From: Klebsormidium nitens
Lineage: Eukaryota; Plantae; Klebsormidiophyceae
DNA: 63,610 bases
Assembly (NCBI GenBank): GCA_000708835.1
Contig: DF237000.1
Span: 66,556-130,165 of the forward strand
Direction: 5' to 3'
Position 1 is the first letter of the stretch. Each line of letters starts with the position of its first letter. This document shows positions 51,401 to 62,670 of the stretch, piece after piece. The notes below the pieces were generated by a model. That model made no database searches. It saw nothing but the letters and a program-made list of their open reading frames with translations, and had not been told where the DNA came from. Both the position numbers and the translations under genes were made by a program.

Positions 51401-54400
51401 TCCAAGCGATTGAGGCGTCGTTGATTTTCCACTGTGTTTCTGGTCAGGGCTCCTTCATAAGCTAAGGGCAAGAGCTCGAAAAGGATTAACACGGGAGGGT
51501 TTCGGTCATGCCTCACGCATACACCTTGTAGGGAACGGCGCTCACATCACATTGGGATTTGCTTCCAAGCTTTCTTTTCTCCTTTCTCAGGCCCGAAGGC
51601 GCACCTGAAGGCCCCCCACCGGACGCTTCGGACGCGTACAAAGCGGAGCTGTCCAAATACACGCTGGAATCGTGGCTCGGGATTGGCCAGTGCGTGTCGC
51701 GTTTCCTCGAAGACGACCGCAGCAGCATCAGCAGCGAAGCGTACGACTCCGTTGGGGGATCCCTCGACACGGGGACCCCCGTCAGCCTCTCCTGGGACCC
51801 CGAACCCGCTGACGTGGCAGCTGTCCAGGGGGGACACGTGGCGGACGACTGGGGGTACGGCTCGAGCCGGCTCGGGGGTGGAGGGGAGAGACAGGAGAGT
51901 TCCGTTCCGTTCCGGTCCGTTCCGTCGCAGCCGGTTGCGGAGCCAAGGAAGGAATGGGTCAAGCAGGCTGTGAGGCAGTACGAGAACAAGGGGGAGGAGG
52001 AGAAAGCGTCCGGCGCGCGGCAGGCGGTTCCGGAGGTGCAGGGGCGGGTGTCGGATCTGGCGGAAGAACGAAATGCGAAGACGCAGGGGGGCCGGAAAAC
52101 GAGCGCAGGAGCAGAAGCGAAGAACGATGCAAGGTCAGCGAACTTAGGCACCCTGAATGAAAGTTCTTTCTGCAGTGACTTGTTTCGGCAGAGCTTTTGA
52201 TCGAAGTGTGAGTGCCCGGTCCGGGGCTTTCAAATGCGGGATTGCTTTTCAGCGATTGCGCTGCGGGAAGAGTTTTTCTCTGCTGCCGGAGTTCTGCATG
52301 TTGTTGGAACACCTCGAAGTCTTTGCAGGGAAGTTTGACCACGTTCTGAGCCTTTCCGAGAGTGGAAGTAAGCTCCCAATTCGTCGAATAAAATCTCGGG
52401 CAGCTTTTTCTGGTACTTTTGATTGAATTTAAAAATTGTTTGAGAGAGTCGTTTGTAGATTGATGGATGCACTTTCAATTCCGACTGCAGGCATGCTAGG
52501 GCGTGGAAGATATCTTACCCTTTCTGGGTTTCAAAGACTGTCCATTTCAGAACCTGGTTACACTGATCTCCTGGTTCTGCTTACTTTCTTTTCGCTGGCT
52601 GGTTTGGACGCTTCGAGTTACTCTGAACGCCGACGTTGTCTTTTCATGCTTCAATTACATCAGCACCATTGGCATGACTCTGCTCACAGGCTTGTTCACA
52701 AGTAAATAGTGCATGGTCTATCAAAATCGCTAAACCCGGCCGCGACCGGCCCTTTCGGACGCCCTTGAAACCACATTCGGACGTTCCCTGCAGGCGCGAC
52801 AGGGAGCTCCGGAGCCCCTTCTCTAGTTACTGGACCGCGGAGGCCACCACGTCAGCCCCCGACGACGTGTCCGCCCAGTCGAGCGCTCCCCGTTTCGGGG
52901 GGATCGCTCTGAACCCTGACCCGCGCCCGTCCACCCCCCCCGGCCAAGGAATCGCCCCCCTGCCGTCGAAGAGTCCGGATATCGCGCTTCCGAAACGACA
53001 GAAAGAAAAGAGGAGCAATGCTTACGATCCGCAGTGGGCGATTCCGGTGAAGAAAGAGAGTTCCGCGCAGTTGAGGCGGCATCCCAGCGAGACGGAGCTG
53101 TTTGAGGAAGAGGAGCAGGAAGGTGAGAGCTTGAAGCGATCTGAGTGGAGCGGATCTGTTGTGATTCTTTAAAAGGAGGAATATGGTGCAGATTCGCTTT
53201 GGTGTCTGGTGGTAATGACTACGGTTTGAGTTTGCACGTAAACCAATCCTTGAAGATTCCTCTGCAAAGGCAGCTGCCAGTCAATACTGCTGCCGAATCG
53301 TTCTCCGGACAAAATCTCCCATATCGTTTCCTTGAAAGCCAGTCCCTGTCCTCATTACCACGGCTCCCATTGTGCGAAAATCTGTCGTCGGTTCAGCTTT
53401 GTAGATCTTTGAGTGCTGAAGGTTTCAGCTCGCAAACGTGTTCTTCTTGATTATTCTCCTTGTCCATCGTCACCTCGATTCGTTTAAGTTCCCTCTGCCG
53501 CCTCCTGCAATGAATGACACTCCCCTTACATTTTTCATTAACCCAGCCGCTAACCTACCCTTGTTTATTCCGCAGACTTCCTGCCCCCCGCCTACCAGGA
53601 GGAGTCCACTTCGGCGGACCCCCTCTCAGCACTGAGTATCAGCCAGGCGATCACCGACTTGGCCGCGTCGACGTTTGCTGACCTCATCACCGACGGGCGC
53701 ATCTCGACGAGCCAAGTGGCGGCGTGGCGGGACGAGATTGCGTGGCTGACGTCACCCGGAGACCAGGTCATGGAGATGGTGGCGAGCACGGTGGAGACGC
53801 GGACGGGCAGCATGAAAGACGTGAGCATCGGGTTTGGTTCTCCCTTAACCCGGGGGTTGTTGCCCATTTTGGCGCTTGAAGATTTGAGCGCGGAGTGTGG
53901 ACTAAAACGTGACTATCCTTTTAGTATGGCTTGATTTCCCTTCTAGTATTGATTTCGGTAGCAAGTTGGGGACTCGCGGTGGGTTTAGGTTCTAGCTAGT
54001 GGCTGCTTCTGTCATGGATAGTCGGAACGAGCCGGCCATCTTTGAAAGCTCGTATGTTTTCTGGTCTTCGATTTGTGTCTGGCGCATGCTTCTCGCCCAT
54101 TGCTCGGACGTCGGAGCTTCGCTCCACCCGCCGCCCTCCTCGTAGAAAACACCTCCCTTGCTTCGGACACACGTGTCACTATCCCGGACGCTTTCCCTCT
54201 TCAGATCATCGTCCAACGGCTCCGTCCGGACGTCCAAACGCCCTACCTGCACTGTGCTCGATCGACGACCCGCTCCTGCGCATCGAACTTCTTCATTTCT
54301 ACTCTGATTTGAACGCGTATCTTATCTTTCGGACGCTTGGCCTCTCCAGATGTCGTCCAATGGCTCCATCCGGACGTCCAAATCTCCCTCCCCGCACTGC

Positions 54401-56559
54401 GCTCGCTCGACAACCTGCTCCAGCGCATCAAACTTCTTCGTTTCCAGCCTTTTCTCGAACGCGTATCCTTGACTTTCGGACGCTTTCTCCTCTCCAGATC
54501 ATCGTCCAACGCTCCGTCCAGACGTCCGGTCACGGCGCTTGCTCAACGAGTTGCTGCAGCAAACGAATCTTCTTTGCTTTCACTTTGTTGGGACGCATAT
54601 CTTACTTCCGCGGACGCTTCTTCTCTTCAGATCATCGTCCAACGGCTGCGTCCGGACGTCCAAACCTCCCTCCCCGCGCTGCGCTCGCTCGACGACCTGC
54701 TCCAGCGCATCGTGCTGCGGCTCAACTCGGGCGGCGCCGCGAGCAAGCGCGAGCTGATGGGCACGCGCGAGCAGACGGTGCAAGTGCTGAAAGCGGCCCT
54801 CATGATCAACGAGGAGGTCTTGCAAGAAATGGCGGTGCCCGCTGTTTACTGGGCGTCACTTCCAAAGGTGAGGGCTTGGACGTTCCAAAATCTGAGGCTT
54901 GTTAAGAGTTTGCAACTTTTGATCTACTCGGTTTTTGTCAGTTCACATTACTGCAACGGCCGGCAGACGGTTAACGAGTTTGAAGCGGCGCTGACGGTCA
55001 ACGAGTAAGTCCTGCAAGCCATGCTGGTGCCCGCTGTTTACTGAGCTTGATTATCGAAGGTAAGGGATTCAAGCTTTTAGCAGGAATTGCACCGGCAACG
55101 GCTAGCAGTCGGTGTCAATGCTCAGAACTGCGCTTTTAACTTCGCCGTGAATGAGGAGCTCGTTTTCTTGATGGCGGTGTCAGCCGTGGCTGGTCGTTGC
55201 TGCAACAGCTGAGGAACAGTTTTAGGGGTAGGGTTCAAGTCTTTTCACAACTTCAAGTTGGAGCAAGCGCGAGCAGATGATGCAGCTCGAAGCAGTCGTA
55301 TGTGGAAGAAAACAGCTTCTCAATGCTCAACCAAGCACTACTGAGGTTCCTTCCGACTTTCTCCTCGGTGGTTCGCTCGATTTCTAGGTATCTCGAAATC
55401 CTTAGATGCTCCGCAATCTTCCCTGCAGACCGTCAAGCAAGGTCGCTCGAAAGTTGCAAATTTGAAGCCTGAAACCTCAAAATCCTCTTCACAGACCATC
55501 ACGCAAGTCTGCTCTACAGTCAAAACCCTAAACCCCCAAACCCTAAACTCCTAAAACCTTTTTTGCAGACCATCAAGCAAGTGGTGGGCGGCGACATCTT
55601 CCAAGCGCTCACCAGCAAGTCCGCCAACCCCACGCAGCTCCTCCTCGCGGTTAACCCCAAAACCCCGCGCAACGCGTTCCGGGTTATCAATAATCTGGAG
55701 GCCGCGGTCCACATGTGGCACTCCATGATGGTCGAAATGGCGGAGCCGCTCGCAAAGAAGCGCGCGGTATACGCGAGCCGCGCGTCGGCGCTCGTGCATG
55801 ACCTCAAGATGACGTGGCCGGGCCTGGAGGCGACGGAGCTCGCCGAGTTCAAGATCACGCGCAACACGGTAAGATTCCGGTTCCGGTCTGTTTTGGTTCC
55901 GTCTCTTCCGTTCCGTTTCGATCCTTTCGTTCTGTGTCTGTGGGAATTTGTGCGTTCTGTGAAAGTATGTGCGCAAGCTCAAGATTACGTGGCCGTGCTT
56001 GGAGGGGACAGAGCTCGCGGAGTTCAGATTGCTGTAAGATTTCCGTTCCTGTTACCATTCGTTCCGTTCGAACCTGGACTAGATCCTGGCAGCTTCCAAA
56101 ATCTCGGACTCCGCTGGCCTCAAATGGTCTCAGAAGCGGCTTGCTCATTATTACCGTGCTGCTCTGTTGCAGGACATTGGACGAGCTATTCTGGAGAGTT
56201 ACTCGCGGGCGCTCATCAGCCTGTGCGGGAAGACTATAACCTGCCTCGACTACCTCCTGACCATGGACCCGCCCGAGAAATCCGCTAGGCGCTCCCGGTC
56301 CCGCCAAACGCCCGACCGCCAACCGTCGCCGTCGGAAAGCGTCAGCAAGTCTCTGACGAGCAGACCCTCCGGGGGAAGCGCTTCACGGCGCTCGATAGAC
56401 ATTTCAGCCCTTTCGCGAGCGGCGGAGTCGCCGCCCGAGAATCCGATGCGGCGGTCGGTAGAGGTGACGCCAAAAGCGGAGGGGGGGTCCGGGTCGCAAC
56501 AAGGTCGGGGCTGGAGGTTTTTCTCACGAAGAAAATCTCTATCTAAAGAATCAGCGTAA
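45780..56559 (+). CDS. Predicted USP-domain plus PRONE (RopGEF)-domain fusion protein, 11 exons, about 1,569 aa
   Basis: Exons 45780-45945, 47102-47220, 47608-47726, 48341-49229, 49724-51099, 51591-52133, 52794-53122, 53576-53820, 54631-54867, 55569-55868, 56173-56559. All are GT-AG and phase-matched, totalling 4,710 nt. The only doubtful join is 49229/49724. Confidence 0.7.
53576..56270 (+). other. Divergent PRONE (plant ROP nucleotide exchanger) domain
   Basis: ALSISQAITDLAAS, WRDEIAWLTS, DVQTSLPALRSLDDLL, QVLKAALMINEEVLQEMAVPAVYWASLPK, DLKMTWPGL and DIGRAILESYSRAL match RopGEF motifs in order (ALAISNAITNL, WRREMEWLL, LPALRKLD, QILKAAMAIN..LPK, RFPGL, DVGQAILESYSRVL). Confidence 0.88.
54180..54630 (+). 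repeat. Three decayed copies (~133-148 bp period) of the exon-9 acceptor and start
   Basis: cag|atcatcgtccaacgg-like junctions with AG at 54203, 54348 and 54496, before the true AG at 54629. Confidence 0.9.
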
Positions 56560-58879
56560 CGGTCACTCCATCGGAGGGAGTAGCAACTCAACCACTGGTA
56601 AATGTATACGGGCAGTTTGGTCGGAAGGGTCACAGCACTTCGTCATCCTTGTCGATTTGGAGTACTAGAAAGCACAGTGAAAATGAAGGTGTAGTGACAC
56701 GGACTTTTTCTGGGTTTGGTCGTGGGCTTCTGCCGGTATTGAAAAGCGTTCTGGTGTCGAACATTGGATGAAAAGAGTCTCTCGGATTTTCTCTAGGGTC
56801 GGCACTACGCGGCACTAGGTGATGGGAATTTCAGTGCACGGGCTTGAGTAAACGCCGGGCATACGAGTTTCCAACCGAGGGAACTGCGAGTCTAAATTGT
56901 CAATTGGTAACCACAATCACTAACTTAACCCGTCTATTCTAGTTGTACAGTTTTGGATCGAACAATAACATGGACGGTCCTGGTCAGGCAGGCTACCGAG
57001 TATAAGCTGGCTCAAGGACAGTATTAGAAGGCACGTCGTAGCACTGAACATTCCGTTGTCATAGGTGTCAACAAGTTGGTCGTTTTTGTGGAACTCGCGG
57101 AACACAGTGCCCGCGCAAGTGGGACTTTTTGCCACGTGCAAGACTCGGACGCTTCCAACTTGTGACTCGGATTCTAAGTTCACCCAATGCTCAGGGTCGC
57201 TTCCGAAGTTCCGTCAACGTGCCGCCACTGTCTAGGCTAAGATTTGTCCATCAGTGGGGCCAGGCGCAAACTTGCCGAGTTGTGCATCGATTAGTGAAGC
57301 TACCGTCCTTGATTATAGATGCATGATTCGACGTACCAACTGGCAAGGTTCGATTGCATGATGAGCTCAGCTGGTTACTTAAGTGCGCAGCCTCAGTGGG
57401 CAAACGATTGGCCGGCACCGTCAAGCCTGCCAGGTTGCCAGCTAGATTGTGACTTTCGGACGGCCATCAGGCTCTGGCGGATCGTTGATGCATATTTACC
57501 TAGCTAGTATATTATCGATCATATTTCATACGCGCAATTTTGCAATGAATGATCATGCATAACTCATATTGCTGCGCAGACGGTGCACGCGTCAACTTAC
57601 ACCCACTGGGCTCTAGTAACTCTATTGCATGTACTTGGTGACCGTTAGGTGCAGTGCCAGGGCTGCTAGCTAGAACAGATCGACCCCAAGATCCCCATTT
57701 CAAGTCACGTCCTTTACCGTATAGTACCCCATGGAAAAGCTACTAGCCTGGCTAGAGTTGATTAAAATTGCAGTTGGCAGCAGACTGCTTCAAGTCGATA
57801 GTGTCACTTCAGTCGTGTGGGCCGAGCCTGGCCGCGCCGGCCAATGAATCCGCGCAACCAAGAAGCCGGGTGCATCCATGGTTTGTTATACATTGACGAC
57901 GTACTTTCGGCGGCCAAATGCGTTTCAACTCTCTATACGCGAGCCCAGCTTTCAGCGCTGGTAGGACCTTCGCGCGGTCAGAACGCAGTGCGAGAGTTTC
58001 GATCATGCGGCGCATACGATGAGAGCACTGCAACGAGTCAACTACGACATACTTGTTTCGCCGTCTGATGCCCGGGCTCGAGCAAGTAATTCCAGTCAGA
58101 TCAATAATTCTCGACATGTGAGAAGGCTGGACGGGATCCCCACCGAAAGAGGCGGGCCGGTGTGTGTACAACTGGCAAGCTGCCAACGTACTGTCGCAAA
58201 ACGGTCATTTGAATCAAAGCAGGCAGGCCCAATTTAACGGCCCAGAAGTGATACAAATACGTAACTTAAGTTTCTACTCATAACTCGTCTGACGTTCAAT
58301 CAAATACTTAATCCATCTTTATTTAAGACGCCACATACAACAGCGGGCCCACTTTACATAGTACCATACCGAAGACTGAAAGGACACTCCGCCTTGAGAC
58401 TGTCGATCCACGTTTTGTCCGAGAAGCCAATAGATAGTCTGTCGCTCTTCAAAAGACATCCTTAGGCGACCTCCAAAAGATGTCGCCCCCGCTCGCGCTG
58501 GCTGGTCTCTTTTCTTTTTATTTTTCTTAAAAGCCCCAAAATTGCCCGCAGCACATGACATACCGAGTCAAAGACCCGCTCATTTGACTTCGGATTCAAG
58601 CGATGACGATGACGCCTCCTTCTATTCTCAACCCCATTTCCCTCCTCTCCTATGCGCCGCTCTCACTCATCCTAATGCGTTCTCAGAGGAGCCTCAGCAA
58701 GATTTGCGATCTACGTTCGTGCCTATCTTATAATGACGGTTCTTAAAACTGTACCAAACTGTTCAGTATCCTGTCGGTTAACACCTCAAGCCGTCGACTC
58801 CTTGTTCGGATCCCCGGAGGGCCTCTGCTTGACGTCAGAGCGACGTCAGCCGACCTGCCCCCACGCGCGCAGGCGCTTT

Positions 58880-61800
58880 TCAGACGCAGGTGAGCGACGT
58901 GCCGGCCGCGTTGTAAGTTGGATTCGGGTTGATCGCGGCGTTCAGGCAGGGAACCGTGCTGCCATCTGCACAGAGAAAGGGGCGGTCGTAACTTGTTTCA
59001 GTCCCTTTCGAAACACAGCGGCAATTGAATGTAAGACTACAAATGGGGAGGTGTAAGAGTATCAAGGAAATATTTCATCCCGATCGATGTTGAACCGCCG
59101 GCATGTGTCATGTGGCTTTGTAAGAGGCCGATAAGCGTCTGCTAAATTGAGACTCAAAGCTCAGACAGAATTCGATTTATCAATTCCAGTTCGCGGGGAG
59201 TGGGCGATAGTAATCTTGGCAGAACCACGACAGGGTCTCCACAGACTTTGCAAGCGCGCCTTATTCGAATGGTCCATTTGCCCCAAATGTCGAACAACAA
59301 ATAGAGAAGGGGCGCTAACTGTGCAACATCGTCACGCTCAATTCTTGCTAATCAAGCGCACAAGCTGAACGTTTTACAGCCCATCTGAAGCTCGAGACTG
59401 GGTGTCGTTATCCTCCTTTGACTGCAGCATACGGCTCGAAGAAGTATCTTTCGCATCCTCTTTCGCATCCTCCATAGAAGTTATTGTTAGAAACGACTCA
59501 TCGTAGGCACAGTTCAATTTGAAAAGTGTCCTTCGCGTTCTTCATAGACGTTGATGTATCGAAGTGACTCACCATAGACGTTGATAAGGCCGTACATGGA
59601 CACGCCGTGCACGCCGCAGATGAATCCGTACAGCCCGGGCTGTGCAAACGTCAGGCTGACGGTGAAGCCCAGCTGCGCCACGTCATTGGGCTCGATCCCG
59701 AGGCGCTTGTCGTTGTCCGTCCACACTGGGGCGTCCGCATTGGGGCCGAAACCTGGGTTGATTTTGAAGGAACAAGAAACTATCAGATTCGGGGTTCAAA
59801 TCAATGGGATATTTGGATGACGTCATCCTCGGCGACTGAACGTCCCGAGAGCCTACCCGTTACGTCGCCCCGATTGGTCATCTGCTCATCGGCGAAATGG
59901 CACCAGGCGACGATGGAGTATTTGATGCTCTGACCCGAACCTTCCTTGCGAAGCCAAGGCATTGGACGCCCTCTTTTCGACCTTTTATATCTCAAACGAC
60001 TGGAAGAAAGCCATCAAGGGAGTGAGACGTCATCTTCGAGATTGAAGACGCACGAGCTCACTCCGCACGCGCGGATTGAGGCTGTCTTCGTAAATGTAGG
60101 ACGGGAGTCAGTCAAATTGAGACGGCGAAGTCGAAGACTTTGATTCCGCCTTTGAAACAAGAAGGCGAGGCGACTCTTGATCTGCCAACGAAGCTCGCCG
60201 TCCCCAGGAAAGCTAGACGAGTTCCATCAGACAAACTTCCATCTGCGTTCGTTGGTTCGCAATCAAAGTTGAGGCTGACCAGACAGCAGGACAACAGACA
60301 GCAGCACAACGTCAGTCGACAAAAAAGTCCAGACTATGCGGACCCGGGCAGAATAACCCGTGGTAAACCATGAGATCGTGTCCGAGCCAACCTTTAGCCC
60401 AGCTGAGAACAAATTTTTAGGGTTTTAGGTTTTACCCTAAAACTCTAAAAACCCTGAAACCCTAAAAACCTAAAACCCTAAAAAAGCCCTTTTGTGGTCG
60501 CAAAAATTGGCCTCGGATCTGAAGAGGAATTCTGAGGTCCTTGAAAACGTCCAACAATCTGGAAAAAGGGTACCTTGCAGCTCGGAGTGGCTCACAAAGA
60601 ACTCCGACTATCTTACGAACGGCTTAGATCTACTGCGTCAGCTGCGGACGGTGGTTTGTTATTTGAGTCCTTCAGTTTCGGAACTGGAGTCAGAGCACCA
60701 GCACTCTGTAAGAAAGAGCACCCATTGGAGTTTGAACCAACGTCAGGCAGAGCGGGTAACGTTCAAATCCAGCGAAGCTTCCACGTTCAGGAACCTCCAG
60801 GTTAAGATAACCGCGCGTCCTAACCTTGCACGGTGTGGGGCGTGGGGTCCGACCAGATCCACGTGGCGGTACAGGGCGCCTTGCAGTTGACCGGGTTGTT
60901 GAACGCGTTGATCTGCCACTGGGGGAAGGTTACGTTACCCGGGGCGTTAATCACCGGGTTAAACGTCTGGCCTTCCGGAACTCCGGCGCACGAGGCGAGG
61001 CCGGTAGGAGGGCCGCAGCCGCCGGGGCAAAAGATGTACTCGGTTCCCACGTTGTTGTAGCACTGGTTGGGGTTATTCACACCGGCCGGGGCGGGCACAC
61101 CGGGGGCTGTATGCATAAGAAAAAAGAGGGGGTGAGAAGGACGAAAGAAACGGCGGCACATTGAAGTGTGGTTCAAGCAGGCAGGTTTGAGAAGAACGTT
61201 CCACGCTCGGCGACGCAAAAGCAGGGATTGCACCTTGCCGGTCGCCTCTTCGTGTGGTGCAATAAATCGGCGATTGCGACCCAATGCTTTGTTTCGAGAA
61301 TCTGCAATAGAACCCCCTTGGCAACTGCTAAGAGGAAACTGGAGCATCGTGACTTTATGAGTTCAGAATATCCAAAATGTGCCTCGAACAAACTTTTGAC
61401 GGTTCTACAGTTGATATCTTCTCTGAATTGTGTTGAGACTGAGTCGCCGAAACAGGAATCAAAGAGAGGACGAACGGGTGTCTCGGCAACAGCAAGTTGA
61501 TCTTTGAATCTACTCTGAGGCATACTATCTCTCAATCACTTTGACAATCTGTAGTTCAACCCCGGTAACGTAGGATGCACTTTTTAGAATCTTCTTGGAC
61601 CTTCACAAACGTAGACAAAGTTTCTATTGCAAAGGCCTCTTCAAGAATGGCTCATTCTTTCAAAACGAGATGGAACCCATTGTCAATTGACGCGTGAGTG
61701 TGACACTCACGGAGCACCACAATAGTTCCGAAGATCTTGGTCGGGTTGGCGGTGTCAGCAAAAGTGTACGTCCCCGGGACTGGAAAGACCAGCACCACAG

Positions 61801-62670
61801 CCGCAAAGGAACCATCAGTGACGTCATTCAGGTATCCGGTTTCGGCTTCCACAGGGACGATCTTTGGGAGGTCAGATGCGGGAACTGCATCAAAACGAGC
61901 GATTGTTATCAACAACTCAGAGAGTAAGATTTAGGGTTTCTCCCATGCGGACCAGACTCCTGCAATGAGCAGAGTACATACAGCGAAAATAGAGCTAGGG
62001 TACTCTTCTCTAGTTTTCGATTCCAGGAGCGATTCCAGGAGCGATTCATCTCCATCATCGATCTCTGTTAATCTGTGCTGATTTCTTGTTTCGTTCCTGT
62101 TCCACTCATTACTTTCTGATGAATGATGTGAGGTGGGAGAGGAGATGACAAGAAGATGGCAGCTTCAAAAAATCACAGGCCCAATAATGAGGATACACGA
62201 CTTTCTGTGAAGCACAGGCGAGAGGCCGGCAGCCAAAGATTGGGCTCCTAATCCATTGCATGGCTTGATCTCCTACATCTAGCAACTCTGGCAGTCTCCT
62301 AGCTTAAGCATCTCGAATCCCCAACTTTTTCGCCAGCTCCTTTAACACATGGAGTTTGAATGCTTGCAGAATCATTCTGAATGAGGCTTAGGGATTGTTG
62401 GCAGCTCACAGTTGACGGCATGGGGCTGCCCATCGACCAACAAGAAGGTTGCTGAACAGGGGGCGACGCAGGCAGTGGATCCGAAGTCCTGGGGGGTGCC
62501 GGCAGGGCTGAGCAGAAACGTAAACCCAATGTAGGTTGGGTAGATGTCTGGTGCGGCCGCGTCTGCATGAAGCAAAGGCAAAGTTACAGATGAAAGCAAA
62601 TAGGGGGCAGTGCATTATATGGGTTGTAATTACAGTAGATGAGGACTTGCCAGCTGGCAACGGCGGCATC
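58880..62670 (-). CDS. Tandem cupredoxin (plastocyanin-like) domain protein, 5' end probably further upstream
   Basis: Phase-1 exons at about 62670-62634, 62563-62411, 61879-61709, 61108-60829, 59749-59572 and 58970-58880. The second domain has PHTVQ...LYGFICGVHGVSMYG (type-1 Cu ligands His, Cys, His, Met). Confidence 0.75.
60414..60485. repeat. Interstitial telomere-like repeats in fold-back (head-to-head) arrangement
   Basis: tttttagggttttaggtttta followed by ccctaaaa, ctctaaaaa, ccctgaaa, ccctaaaaa, cctaaaa, ccctaaaa. The terminal 20 bp are perfect inverted repeats. Confidence 0.85.

Noticed and set aside
54042-54905. 287-aa plus-strand ORF and overlapping 54337-55008 ORF
   Set aside because: These are read-through of intronic echo repeats. 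Only 54631-54867 fits the PRONE alignment and the splice phases.
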